Of a stretch of 64,000 nucleotides of DNA, positions 1-13,700 are shown piece after piece. The first letter of the stretch is position 1, and every line of letters starts with the position of its first letter. Position numbers and translations under genes: made by a program. The stretch covers positions 1,067,270 to 1,131,269 of the forward strand of contig JAAOMT010000523.1 in NCBI GenBank assembly GCA_016748015.1. The letters are read 5' to 3'. This stretch comes from Geosiphon pyriformis uo1 (taxonomy: Eukaryota; Fungi; Glomeromycota). The notes under the pieces were generated by a model. That model made no database searches, was not told the DNA's origin, and saw nothing but the letters and a program-made list of their open reading frames with translations.

Positions 1-3000
1 AAACCTTTCAACTAAATTATTTGTTTGTAAATAATATGAAAATAATAATGATTGTTTAATTCCAAATCTTTGACTTAATTTTGTCAATTTTTTGTTCATA
101 AAATAAGTTTCTTGGTCTAATAACAATTTTTTTGGACATTTATATTGACAAATTAAATCATAATATATAAATTTTGCATCTGTTTTTTGAATGATTTTAG
201 CTTTTGGCCATTTTGTAAAATATTTTATAACTACTACTATGTATTAATTGCCTCTATTGATTATGATTAATGATTTTACTAAGTCAATTCTAATTTAATT
301 AAATAATTGTTTTATTTTAATTGGTTTTAATGATTTGCTAAGTTTTGTTCTTCCTTTTTTTTAATAAATATTATAATTCAAACATATTAAATAATGTCTA
401 AATATATTAATAATTAATAGTATCTTTTTTTGGTTCTTTCTATGATTGATTTTTTATGAAAATATTCTGTAATTAGATTTAAATAGATGTTAAACAATAT
501 TGTTTTTTTTTTAATTCTGTAAATACTCTAAGTAACTGGTCTGAATTTTTTCTGTTTTTTTAATATAGTATATTTTGGTAAATAATAAAATATTTTAATT
601 GTTGTTTTATGTTGGTTTGTTTTTTTTGAAATATTTTTTCTTAAACTATTAAGTATTAATTTAATGTTAGAATTTTTGATATTTTTGTGTATTTATTTTT
701 TGTTATATTTTTGGGTTAAAATATTTTTAAATTTGTTTTATTTGTGACAAATCATCAATATTTCTGTTTTTTTTCTCTTTTTATAATATACTGTATAATT
801 AAATAGTAATAGTTTTATTTTCTATTTTGTATAGCAATTGTCTCCAAATTTTTGCTTTTAAATAAATATTAATTCTTTGTAATTAATATATACATCAAAC
901 TTTTGACTCAAGTATTTTTTTCATTTAATGATAATTCAATAAATAGCTAAATGTTTCAATACTAAGATGTTATAGTTTTTTTCAGCTGGACTCAAACTTT
1001 AGCTAACATATGCTACTGAATATTTTTGTTTATTTAATTTTCTTTGTAATAATACTGTTCTTAATTTTTGGTCTAATACATTTGTTGTAATAATAAATAG
1101 TTTATTATAATTCAAATAGATTAATATTAAAGCTTAAATAAGCTTTTTTTAATGTATCAAAAGCTTTTTATTGTTTTTTAATCTATTTATATTTGGTGTT
1201 TTTTGCTTAAAGCTAATGTAATAGTTGAGTCAGTTTGGAAAAATTCTGAATAAAGTAGCAATAATATTTAGCAAATTTCAAGAATGTTTTTAATTCAGTT
1301 AAATTGGTTAAAACTGGAAAGTTTTTGACTATTTTAATCTTGTCTGAATTTGTTTTTATGTTTTTTTGCTTACAATATGTTCTAAAAACTTGAATTCTGT
1401 TTTTTTAAAGAAGCATTTTGTGGTATTTAACTTTAATTTTGCTCTTTTTAATCTCTTAAACACTTGTTAAAAATGATGAAAATAATCATTAAATGTTTTG
1501 GAAAACATATTGATATTATTTAAGTAAACTACTACTGATTTCTATAATAATTCAGTATAAACAATTTTTATTAGCTGTTGAAAAATGGCTAAAGTATTAG
1601 TTAAGCCAAAAAACATAACATTAAATTCAAAGTTTTTTTCTTTAGTAGTAAATACTATTTTTTTTTATCAGCTGAATTTATAGCTACTTGTTAATATTTA
1701 CTGTCTAAGTTCAATATAAAAAACTATTTTTTTTTCTAAAAACATTAAATAATTTTTAAATTTATAAAATTGGGTATTTGTTTCCATAAGTAATACTGTT
1801 GAGTTTTCTATAATCTATACAAAAGTAGATTTTTCCATTTTTTTCCAAACAAATATTAGTAGTAATAACCATAAACTCATTAATAATTGAATTAATTTAT
1901 TGTTTAATATATAGTTAATTTCTTAATAAATAATTTTATAACTAATAAGTAATACTTAGTATGTTTTTTATTTAATTGATATTGTATCTCCAGTTTTGAT
2001 TTGGTGCTTAATAATATTAGTTCTGCCAAATTCGTTTTTACTTGCAAAAATATTAGTGAAATTATTAAGTAATAGCTTAATTTATATATATTAAAGTAAG
2101 TTTAAGTTTCCTAAGTTTATTTGTTTCAATTGTTTTGGTTATAGCAAATAGTATTTTTTTTGTTTATAAATGGCTTGTAATATAATATTTACATATTTAC
2201 ATAGTTGTAAAAAATCTAAAATGATGGTTGGTACTTGATTTTTAACTTTAATACTTAAGTATTTAATAATAGTTCTACTTGGTATTTCTATTAGATCTTT
2301 AATTATATTGTGTATTAAAATTTTAATGTGTTTATGATTTTTGGCTGATATGTAGAAATTGGTAACAGGAATCTTTTCTGACTTACAAATGATAAGATTT
2401 ACTTCAAAAATCTGGAGTTAATTTTTTACTTTTCTTTTAATAACTAATATATATTGGTTATATAATAAGATAAAAATTAATTAATAAGTAAAAATAATTT
2501 TTTTCTAATTAATTGTTTTTTTTTTATTATATTGACTGGTATTTTTATTCTATTTATGGATCTAAATTCATTTATTTTTTTTGCTGTTATCCCTAATTTT
2601 TCTCTTATTTTTATTAATATTAATTGAGTTATTTTTATCAGAGACAGAAATATTGCCTGTGCTATTTTTTTATTTGGTTTAATTATATATGTTTTTTTCG
2701 ACTTATTTTGTAATATTGCAATAATATTTCTTATATATTTTGCATTAATTATTTCTTTTCTAATATTAATCTCTTTTTTGCTAAATTAGATCTAAATATT
2801 AATTGTATTATTGTTATTGCTAAAATTTTCAGTGTTAATTTTAAATCTATGTTGGTGTATAAATAGAGTTCCAATTTGATGACAGTTTTCCCAGAATATC
2901 TAAGATCAAACTCTGTATTAGTATCATGTATACATTTTGACATAATATTTTATTGTTATTATTAAATTATTTAAGTTCTTGCTTTATTGAAAGATTTAAA

Positions 3001-3350
3001 AACACAATATATTGTTTAGAGTTTTTATTGAAGTTGAAATTGCTGTTATTGTTATTGTTATTGTAAATAGTATTGAAATTATTATTGTTATTATTGTTAA
3101 AATTTGAATTGAAATTAAGCTTCAATTTTAATTTTAAAGTACAACTGCTAATTAGGGTTTTTTTTTTGGAAATTAAATAAATAATGTACAGTAGTAAATT
3201 GTAAATGAGATTATAATTATTACAATATTTAAAATCACTGAAAATTAGACAATATTTATAGAATTTAGTATTTAATTGCTCTAAATATTATTCTTGTTCT
3301 TCTTGTATAGATATTAAATCTTAGTAATGTTTATAAAATTGTTCTGGGTT
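1..3350 (-). mobile_element. Element A: truncated, heavily decayed family-B Ty3/Gypsy fragment (Cys-rich region, dUTPase, RT, RNase H, integrase N-half). No protease, gag or 5' LTR; runs off the window edge
   Basis: Collinear with B2 ~10070-13440. ORF 2749-2943 is a dUTPase remnant (DTNTEFDLRY...RSNLAKK). RNase H stop at 727-729. Similarity to B2 ends near 3350. Confidence 0.9.
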
Positions 3351-4439
3351 ACTTATAATATTAACAAAAATATTTGAATTTAGAATAAGAATAGTTTTAA
3401 CAAATTCTGGTAGGTTGTTTTTAATTGCCAATATCTTATTACAATCAGGGAGATTTCCTGATTTGTCAATAAAAATCATTCTTTTTATAGCAGTAAAAAA
3501 AATTAAAGAAGTTTTTAAAAATGATTATAGAACACTAAACAAAATTTCTGAAATATTACAACATTCAATTACTTTTCTTCTTTATAAGCTGCCACTACTA
3601 TCAGAAGACAATGATAGAACTATTATATCTGACTTGTTGTTTGCAGGTATAATGAGAGTTTTAATAATAGTTGACATATGGTATAATACTGCTGCTTTTG
3701 GTGCTTTGAAAACTAGTAATGCTTCAGAAACTGATAGTGTTTTGGAGACTGTTGCTATAGGTATCAATAAAGTTACTCTGAATCAAACTTTGGCTAACAA
3801 GATTACTTTTTTCTGTATTAGGAAAAAGAATTAACAGACCTACAAGCAAGAATAATGGCCCAATGAAATTTTCCAGGAACAAGTTTGTTAATAGAACATT
3901 GTTTGAGCAAATCAACTGAAAACAGAGTTCAAATTTACCTTTCTTTAAGAAGAGAAATATGACCAATAATAAAATTCAGAGCATAAAAATTCTAATATAT
4001 ACCCAATAAATACATTTTCAACTTTGGCATTTGTAATTAAAAAAAAGCTCCATACTAGCAATCATATTCATTATTTAACCAATATTTAGTATTAGTGAGT
4101 AAAAATTTAACTAATAATTTTAAAGATGTATTAAAAATCAACTTTTTTAGAGCAAATAAATCCATGTTGAATGCTTTTCATAATCTAAACATAATCACAC
4201 AAAATAAAAATTCAGATCTAGACTTAACATATCATGTTTTAAAAATGTCAATTATAAATAGTAATACACCCAACCCAATATAAACAAAACTGTATACAAT
4301 ACAATATATTTTTAACTTCTTAAAAAATATTTATTAGACTGTCACATGATTAACTTGATAAGCTTTGAAAACATAATTACTTAAAAGAAGTATTAGAGAG
4401 TTAATAATAGATAATAGTTGTGATTTTATTAACAGATTT

Positions 4440-4698
4440 ATATTTTTTGATAATCTGCTTTTTCACTTGTTACTAAAATTAGTTTCTAAATATCTAATAA
4501 TATTTTCTTAATTTATCTTGTTTTAAAAAAGTCTATTCTTTTTATCTGTGCAATTTTACTGAATTTTTTCATTTCTTTACTTAATATTCATTCATGGCCA
4601 ATATCACAAAAAACACAATTAGAGACATTTGAATTTATAAACTGTGTTTTTTTATCTGAACTCGAAATTAATTTGATTTAGTAATAAAGTTAGAATGT
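4440..4698 (-). pseudogene. 3' continuation of the transposase-like gene split by B1 (lower boundary approximate)
   Basis: Reading frame continues across the TSD: ...FCT(R)/SNFITKSN*FRVQIKKTQFIN... Confidence 0.5.
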
Positions 4699-5538
4699 TG
4701 TTATAAGTGATTATTTGGCATTTTAAAGCAAATAACAAACCTGTAATTTGATGCTCAATTGATATAATGATGTTGATTTCTGAAGGTTTTTGTAATCTGA
4801 AAGTTTTGGTAGAGCTTTTTGTATAATAAACAGAGATTCAATAAATGTTTTTCAGTTATCTTCCAGAATTGCAATTCTGTCAAATTTTTTTCTCAGTATA
4901 ATAACCAATAATCTTTCTGGTAAGCTATTTTCAAATCTATAAGTTCTCTATTCTTGTTTTATAAGTCTTTTACCAGTCTCTATGACATTTGTAACTCAGT
5001 GTTTTTAATTCTTAATCAATTAGTAAAACAAAAAAAAATAACAAAAAAATAAAAAAAAATAAAGAAATAAGCCAAAGCAATAAATGTTAGTATCCTATCA
5101 ATAGCTGTGATCAAGAGCTATTGTTCCAGTATAGTTAAGTATCAATTACTATCAACATGAAGTGTTAATAATAGAGAGTGGATTGAAATAGTGAATAATT
5201 ATTTATTAATATTTGTAGTGTGGAAGGTTACTTAGATCAAATCTAAAACTGAGAGGTTTGTCTTTTCCACTTCTAATATTACTGTTATATATACATAATT
5301 GAGATTCCTTAATTCCTCAATTCTTTACACCAGGAATCCTGAAATTTCTGGAATTCTGTAATTCTTTTAGAAAAAAATCTTGAAATTCTGGAATTCTGTG
5401 ATTCTTTGTATGAGAATTCTAAGATTCCTGAAATCCTGCAATTTCTCTGAGAAGAATTCTGAAATTCTACATTTACTATGTCTACTTCTGATTGGCTAAT
5501 TTATGTGCTAATATACTTCTTATATTTTATTAGTAACA
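4699..5538 (-). repeat. B1 3' LTR (840 bp)
   Basis: TG...CA ends; aligns to 50842-51682; PPT adjacent at 5539-5554 (AAAAAGGAGAGAATAA on -). Confidence 0.92.
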
Positions 5539-5552
5539 TTATTCTCTCCTTT

Positions 5553-6182
5553 TTATTATTGAGCTCTGTCAAGATCTCCTAATTCTAATTTTCTATCTTT
5601 GAGTATTTCTTGAACTTTTTTTTCGAGAATTACTTGTGTTATCTTGTTTTGTAATTCCTCAAATTGGGCATTGGTTATTTTTTCCATTTGGTTAATGATG
5701 ATGAAATTCATTGTTGGATTGAGTAAAATTTCTGGTTGGTCTTAAAATTTAGTATATAGTCAATAAATGGCTTTTGCTTGTGTGGTCAGATTGTTTTTCT
5801 CCACAAATTGTTCTAGTTGTTATAGTATTGTTGTATTAAATAATCATTTTGTTTTATCTGTGTATAAATTCTGAATATTCAAGTGTTATCTCAAGTAGAA
5901 GTAACAAAAGTTTCTTGGAAATTGTTGTATTCACCAATTCCAAGTTTCTATAGTCAATTCTTGATATGGAGTGATATTTGTTAGCTCTTTTATTGCCAAT
6001 TTTACTTTTAGAATTATTTTGTTGATAGTGCTTTCTGATTTTTTCTGTACTTTGTATTGACATATTTTTCTGGTATCTTGGTATTGAATAGTTTATTAAT
6101 TAATAGTAATTTCCATATTCTGTTGTTAAATCAGTTGGAAGAGTTGTTGTGTCAGTATGTGTATGTTGTCAGTAATTTTTAT
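5553..6182 (-). pseudogene. B1 ORF3, accessory protein of unknown function (decayed)
   Basis: Collinear with B2 ORF3 8693-9331; start codon decayed to ATA. Confidence 0.75.
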
Positions 6183-6239
6183 TTTTTTTTTGTTGTCTTT
6201 GTTGCATATACCGTGTTTTTTTATACTTTTTTGGTTTGT

Positions 6240-7622
6240 TTAATTTGACATGTTTGGTTTAATGATTATAATTGGTTCCAAATCTTGTGGAATCTCATTT
6301 GGTTGGACTATTATTCTTTGTACTCTCAGTTGTGAAATATTACTAGTAGATGCTGATGCTCTATTGTAATATAGTTTTAGTTAATCTCCATGTACTGCTT
6401 TGGTTAAGATTTTGTTGTTCAATCTTAATTTATAAGCTCCGTTTCCAAGAATTTTTTCTATGTAAAATAGTCTGTCTTATTTGGGGTCAAATTTTCTACT
6501 CTATTGTTTTTCCACTTTGGTATGATATAGAAGTACTTTGTCTTCAATTTTGAATTTAACTGGTTTATCTGGTAGTTGATTATTATGTCTTTCTTTTTGT
6601 TTTTTTTGTGACTTTTGAATATTATCAGCTGCTCTTTGTCATTTGTTTTCTAGTGTCTCTATTAAGTCAAATGTTTTTCTCAACAATGTTTTTTGAAAAT
6701 TCTCTTCTGTTATTGGTTCTGTTGGATATGTTTTGACTTTTATCTCAACTGGTAATATTGTTGTTTTACTATATACTAATTTAAATGGTGTTGTTTGTAT
6801 AGTGTCTTGTTTTATTGTTTAGTAAGCAAATAATACTGATGGTATAAACAAATCCCATTTGTCCTGGTTTTCTTGGCTGATTTTGGCAATTGCTTCACAC
6901 AATGTTCTATTAAATCTTTCTACTAGCCCATTGGTTTGTGAATGATATGGTAATAATAATGGTCTTTTTATTCCAAATTTTTGACTTAATTCTGCCAATG
7001 TTCTATTCACAAAATGAGTTTCTTGGTCAGATAATAATTCTTTTGGACATTTGTGTCAACAAATTAGATCTTGATAAATGAATTCAGCAATAGATTCTGT
7101 ATCTGTTTTTTGAATGGCTTTTGCTTCTGGCTATTTTGTAAGATAGTTTATGGCTACTGCAATATATCTGTTGTCTCTGCTGGTTATTGTTAATGGTCTA
7201 ACTAAGTCAATTTCAATACAATCAAATGGTTGTCTCACTTTAATTGGTCTTAATGGCTCACTGGGTTTTGTTCCTCCTTTTCTCTGACAAGCATCACAAT
7301 TTTGAACATATTGGATGATGTCTGAATACATAGATGGCCAATAGTATCTTTTTCTAATTTTTTTTATGGTTGCTTCTTTGTAAAAATGTCCTGCTGTTAA
7401 GTCTGAATACATGTTAAATAATATTGTTTCTTTTTCTGGTTCTGTAATTACTCTGGTTGGTTGATCTGGATTTCTTTTGTTTTTTTGGTAAAGTATATTT
7501 TGATGGTTGATAAAATATTTTGATTGTTGTTTTATGTTGTTTTGTTCCTTTTGAGATAATTTCTCCTTAAACAATTGGGTATTTATGTAATGTTGGAGTT
7601 GTTAGTATTTTTGTATATTCAT
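6240..7622 (-). pseudogene. B1 integrase, separate ORF with its own ATG (HHCC, DDE core, GPY/F-like C-terminus)
   Basis: ORFs 7131-7574 (GHF...YYWP...CDACQ, DLVRPL) and 6819-7010 (YHSQTNGLVERFNRTL). ATG at 7622, 30 nt after the RNase H TAA at 7653-7655. Confidence 0.9.
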
Positions 7623-7822
7623 CTTTTATTATATTTTTGAGTTGAAATGTTTTTAAATTTGTCTTATTCATAACAAGCTGTCTGCATTTTCATTTTTTTT
7701 CCTTTTTTGTAATGTACTGTATAATTAAATAGTAAAATTTCTATTTTCCATCTGACATAATAATTGTCTGCAAATTTTTTGTTTTTGAATTAAAGTCAAT
7801 ACTTTGTGATTAGTGTACACAT

Positions 7823-8678
7823 TGTTACAGATGATTATTTGGGATCTCAAATCAAATAACAAACCCATAACTTGGTACTTGATTGATACAATAATGTTAG
7901 TGGTTTCTGAAGGTGGTTTTTCTGAAGATTATGTTATGAAGTTTTTTGTATAATAAACAGAGATTTAATTGATTGTTTTATCCATAGCTTCTCAAAACCG
8001 CAATTTCGTCAAATTTTTTTTTCAGTGTGGTGGCTGGTAATTCTTCTGGTAAGCTATCTTCAAATCTATGAGTGTTTTACCCTTGTTTTACAGGTCTTTT
8101 ATCAGTCCCTATGATGTCTGTATCCCAGCACTTAATTCTTAATCAATTTAGTAAAACCAAAGAAATAACAAAAAGAAATAAAAGAAAATAAAAAAAGATA
8201 ACAAAATGAGTAAAAGTAATTACAAGTTAGTATTCTGTCAATAGCCATGATCAAGAGCTATTGTTCCAGTATAGTTAAGTATTAATTACTATCAACATTT
8301 TATGTTAATAGTGGAGAATAATTATTTATTAATATTTGTGAGTTGGAAGATTGCTTAGATGAAATCTAAACTGAGAGATCTCTAACTAAAGGATTCTGTT
8401 TTTTCTTTTTTTAGCACTACTGCTATATATACATAATTGAGATTTCTTAATTCTTCAATTTTTCACACCAGGAATCCTGGAATTCCTAGAATTTTGCAAT
8501 TTTTTTTTGAGAGGAATCCTGGAATTCTGAAATCCTGCAATTGCTTATATGAGAATTCTGAAATTCCTGAAATCCTGCAATTTCTTTTGAGAGGAATCCT
8601 GGAATTCCGCATTTACTATAGCTACTTCTAATTGGCTAATTTATATGCTAATATACTTCCTATGTTCTATAAGTAACA
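7823..8678 (-). repeat. B2 3' LTR (856 bp)
   Basis: TGTTAC...GTAACA; aligns to 36563-37355; contains ~39-bp GGAATCC/GGAATTCC tandem units at ~8470-8610. Confidence 0.95.
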
Positions 8679-8692
8679 TTATTCTCTCCTTT

Positions 8693-9331
8693 TTAATATT
8701 GAGCTCCATCAAGATTTTCCAAATCTTTTAACTCTAATTTTCTGTCTTTGAATATTTCTTGAACTCCTTTTTCGAGAATTATTTGAGTTATTTTGTTCTG
8801 TAATTTTTCAAACTGGGTGTTGGTTATCTTTCCCATTTGGTTAACTATAATGGAGTCCATTTCTGGATTAAGTAAAATTTCTAGTCTGTCATGGAATCTA
8901 GTATGCAATTAATAGATGGCTCTTACTTGTGTTGTTAGATTGTTTTTTCCCACAAATTGTTCCAGTTGTTGCAGTATTGTTGTGTTGAATAATTGTTTTG
9001 TTTTATCTGTGTATAAGTTCTGAATATTCAAGTGTTACCTCAAGTGGAAGTAACAAAAGTTTCTTGGAAATTTGTGTATCCACCATTTCCAAGTCTCTTT
9101 GGTTAACTTTTGATATGTGGTAATACTTGTTGGTTCTTCTATTGCTAATTTTATTTTCAGAACCATTTTGTTAATAGTGTTTTCTGTTTTTCTTTGACTT
9201 TTGTATTTGGGTATCTTTCTGGTATCTCAGTATCAAATGGTTTGTTGATTGATAGTAATTTCTATATTTTGTTGTTGGATCAGTTGAAAGATTTGTTGTA
9301 TAAGTGAGTGAATGTTGTCAGTAATTTCCAT
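8693..9331 (-). pseudogene. B2 ORF3, accessory protein (~212 aa, several transition-type stops)
   Basis: Manual translation MEITDNIHSLIQQIFQ...CYFHL...VRAIY*LHTRFHDRLEILLNP...NQMGKITNTQFEKL; homologous to C/D/E ORF3. Confidence 0.8.
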
Positions 9332-9391
9332 TTTTCTGAAGTCTTCTGTCACATTTACCATGTTTTTATATCCTCTTTTTATTGTTCAATT

Positions 9392-10767
9392 TTATGTGTT
9401 TGGTCCAATGATTATGATTGGTTCCAAATCTCATGGAATCTTATTTGGTTGGATTAGTATTCTAGTATTCCTAATTGTAGAATATTATTGGTGGATGGTA
9501 ACACTATATGGTAATATGGTTTCAGTCAATCACTATGTGCTGCTTTGGCTAAGATTTTGTTGTTCTATCTTAATTTATAAGCTTCATTTCCAAGAATTTC
9601 TTCTATGTAAAATGATTTGTCTCATTTGGGGTCAAATTTTTCACTCTATTGTTTTTCCACTTTGATACGATGTAGAAGTACTTTGTCTCCAATCTTGAAT
9701 TCAACTGGTTTCTCTAATAGTTGGTTATCATGTCTTTTTTTTTGTTTTTTTTGTAACTTTTAGATGTTATCAGCTGCTTTTTGCTGTTTGTTTTCTAGTG
9801 TTTTCATTAAGTCATATGTTCTTTTTAGCAACATTTCCTGAAAATTGTCTTCAGTTATTGGTTTTGTTAGATAAGTATTGACTTCTATCTCAACTGGTAA
9901 TGTTGCTGTTCTACTATATACTAATTCAAATGGTGTTGTTTGTATAGTGTCTTGTTTTATTGTTTGGTAAGCAAATAATACTGATGGTATAAACAAATCC
10001 CATTTGTTCTGGTTTTCTTGGCTGATTTTGGCAATTGCTTCACACAATGTTCTATTAAATTTTTTTACTAGCCCATTGGTTTGTGAATGATATGGTAATA
10101 ATAATGGTCTTTTAATTCCAAATCTTTGGCTTAATTCTGTCAATGTTTTGTTCACAAAGTAAGTTCCTTGATCTGATAGTAGTTCTTTTGGACATCTGTG
10201 TCGACAGATCAAATCTTGATAAACAAATTTGGCAATGGATTCTGCATCTGCTCTTTGAATAGCTTTTGCTTCTGGCCATTTTGTGAGATAATTCATGGCT
10301 ACTGCAATATATCTGTTGTCTCTGCTGGTAATTGTTAATGATCCAACTAAGTCAATTCCAATATGGTCAAATAGTTGTCTCACTTTGATTGGTCTCAATG
10401 GTTCACCGGGTTTTGTTTCATCTCTTCTTTGACAAACATCACAACTTTGAACATATTGAATAATGTCCAGATATATTAATAGCCAATAATATCTTTTCTT
10501 GGTTTTTTCCATGGTTGCTTCTTTGTGAAAATGTTCTGTTGTTAGATCTGAATGCATGTTGAATAGTATTGTTTCTTTTTCTGATTCTGTGATTACTCTG
10601 GTTGGTTAATCTGGATTTCTTTTGTTCTTTTGGTAAAGTATATTTTGATAGTTTATAAAATGTTTTGATTGTTGTTTTATGTTGTTTTGTTCCTTTTGAG
10701 ATAATTTTTCCTTGAACAATTGGGTATTTATATAATGTTAGAGTTGTTGGTATTTTTGTATATTCAT
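9392..10767 (-). pseudogene. B2 integrase, separate ORF
   Basis: ATG at 10767. ORF 9760-10557 has HHCC, GIDLVG, LLSDQG and KFNRTL motifs. Confidence 0.92.
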
Positions 10768-10797
10768 TTTTTGTTATATTTTTGGGTTGAAATTTTT

Positions 10798-13700
10798 TTA
10801 GATTTGTTTTATTTATGACAATCTGTTGGCATTTCCATTGTCTTTTTTCTTTTTATAATATACTATATAATTGAATAGTGAAAGTTCTATTTTCTATCTA
10901 ATATGGCAATTGTCTCTAAATTCTTGCTTCTGGATTGAAATCAATCCTTTGTGATTTATATATATTTCAAACTTTTGGCTCAAGTATTTTTTCCATTTCA
11001 TAACTGTCCAATAGATTGCTAAGTGTTCCAATGCTAGTGTTCCATAGTTTTTTTCAGCTAAACTCAAGCTTTGGCTGGTGTATGCTACTGAATGTTCTCT
11101 TCTATTTGGTTCTTTTTGTGATAGTACTGCTCCCAATGCTTGGCCTGATGCATCAGTAGTGATAATAAATGGTTTGCTGTGATCTGGATACATCAATACT
11201 GAAGCTTAAATAAGCTTTCTTCTCAGTGTGTCAAATGTTTCTTGTTGAGCTTCTGTTCATTCATATTTTACATTCTTAGTTTGTAAATAATAGAATGACT
11301 AGGCCAATTTAGAAAAGTCTTTAATAAAATGACTATAATAGCCTGTAAATCCTAAAAATGTTCTTAGTTCCGTCAAATTGGTTGGTACTGGAAAGTTCTT
11401 TACTATTGCAATCTTATTTGAATCTGTCTTAATACCATCTTTGCTTATAACATGTTCCAAAAATTTGAGTTTTGTTTTTTCAAAGAAACATTTGTTTGCA
11501 TTCAACTTCAATCCTGCTCTTTTCAATCTTTCAAATACTTGTTGAAGATGATGTAGATAATCATTAAATGTCTTGGAGAACACATTTGTGTTGTCTAAGT
11601 AAACAATTACAGATTTCCATAGTAGTCCAGTATAGACAATTTCCATGAGCTATTGGAATGTTGCTGGTGCATTCATCAAGCCAAATGGCATTACTTCAAA
11701 TTCAAAAATTTTTTCTCGCATTGTAAAAGCTGTTTTCTTTTTATCTTCTGGTTTCATGGCTATCTGCCAGTAACCACTGTCTAAGTTTAATGTTGAAAAC
11801 CATTTTTTTTCTCCAAAAGCATCAAACAGCTCTTGAATTTTTGGTGTTGGATAGCTATCTTTTTTGGTTACTCCATTCAACTTCCAGTAATCTACACAAA
11901 AGCAGATTTTCCCATTCTTCTTCCAGACTAGTACTATTGGTAATGACTATGGACTTATTAATGACTGAATTAGTCCATTGTCAAGCATTTAATTAATTTC
12001 TTGACAAATGATCTCATGACTAGTTAGTGGTACTCTGTATGCTCTCTGTTTAATTGGTATTGCATTTCCAGTCTTAATTTAATGTTGAATAATGTCAGTT
12101 TTGCCAAATTTGTTTTTGCTGGCAAAATGTCATTGAAATTGTTGAGTAATATCTTGAGTTGCATATGTTGTAGCGGGTCTAGATTTTCCAAGTTCATCTG
12201 TTCCAATTGTTCTAGTTGAAGTAGATAACATTTTTCTCATCCATAAATTGTTTGTGATGTGATATCTACATATCCACACAGTTGTAGAAAGTCTAGAATG
12301 GTGTTTGGTGAGTGGTTTTCAATTTTGGTGGTTAAGTATCTAATGATAGTTCTTTCTAGTATCTTGATGATATTTCCTATGTTGTTATAAATAGGAATTT
12401 TGATGTGACTGTGGTTTTTGGCTAATATGTATAGATTAACTAATCCAAACTTTTCTGATTCACAAAGTGTTGCTTTTGCCTCAAAAATCTGTACTTGATT
12501 TTTTACTTTTCTGTCTATAACTACTATGTACTGGTCATATGATAGAATGAAAATTGTTTGATGGGTAAAGATAATTTCTTCCTTGTCAATAATTTCTTCC
12601 TCTGCCATATTTAACTGATACATCTATTCTACTTGTTGATCCAAATTTTTGTATTTCTCTAGCCATAATCCCTAATTCTTCTCTGTTTCTTACTGATACT
12701 AATTGAGCTACTTTCACTAGAGACAGAAATATTGTCTGTGCTATCTTTTTATTTGGCTCTATAACATAGGTCTTTTCTGAATTGTTTTGTAGTATTGAAA
12801 TGATATTTCCCACATATTCTGCATCAATTATTCCTCCTCTGATGTTGATTCCTTTTTTCACTAGACTACTCCTAGATGCCAGTTAAACTATTGTTGTTGC
12901 TGGGATTTCTAATGCTATTTTGAGATCAATGCATGTGTGCAAATGTGGTTCCAATTTGATGATATCTTTTTTTGGATATCTTAGATCAAATCTGGTATTA
13001 GTATCATGTACATATTCTGGCATAATACCTTCATTGTTATTGCTGAACCATTTAAGTTTCTGCTTCTTAGAGAGATCAGAAAGTGTGATGTATGTTTCGG
13101 AATTTGAATCAGAGTCTGAATTATCATAATTTTTATTACTATTTTGAATGGAGCTGGAACTGTTATTTTTATTGTTATTGTTGTCAGAGTTTGAATCGGG
13201 ATTAAAAGTTGATTCTAATTCTGATGCGCAGCTGCTGATTGGTTTCTCCTTTTCTGGGATTGTGTAGATCATGCAGATTGGTGGATTGTAAATGAGATCA
13301 CATTTATTACAATATTGAAAGTTATATGAAATTAAACAATGGTCACATAGTTTTGTATTTATTTCTTCCAACTATTGCTCTTATTCCTCTCTAGTAGGTG
13401 CTAATTCCTGGTAGTATTTATGAAATTGTTCTGGATTCAATAGATTTATGACTGGTTCTGGGTTCCAGTCAAGTTCTATAAGTTTTGGTGAATTGTTTTT
13501 TATTATTTTTATTTCTTCTGGTGATGCTTCTTTGATTTTGGCAAGAGCCATTTGCCAAATTTTGTCATCATCATATGGACATCCATCCAAGTATTTGATG
13601 GCTTGTCTTTAGGCAGCATCTATGGGCATTCTTTTTCTAATCCAGTTACTTATGAGAATTGTGTACTAACACGATTTGTCACATGTTCCTCTTTGTCCAG

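Noticed and set aside
3415-4283. ORFs 3415-3834, 3582-3767, 3724-3966 and 4095-4283 as genes
   Set aside because: No recognisable motifs, mostly non-ATG starts; the region remains unassigned.
8437-8631. Repeat array as CRISPR, or its ORFs (8437-8631, 51453-51692) as genes
   Set aside because: Tandem units lack unique spacers, lie inside LTRs in a eukaryotic context, and the ORFs are by-products of the repeat.
10768-10800. RNase H/integrase stop as just another decay mutation
   Set aside because: Same position in seven copies of three families, double stops in B and E, non-coding-like spacers, and a dedicated ATG in B1, B2 and D.
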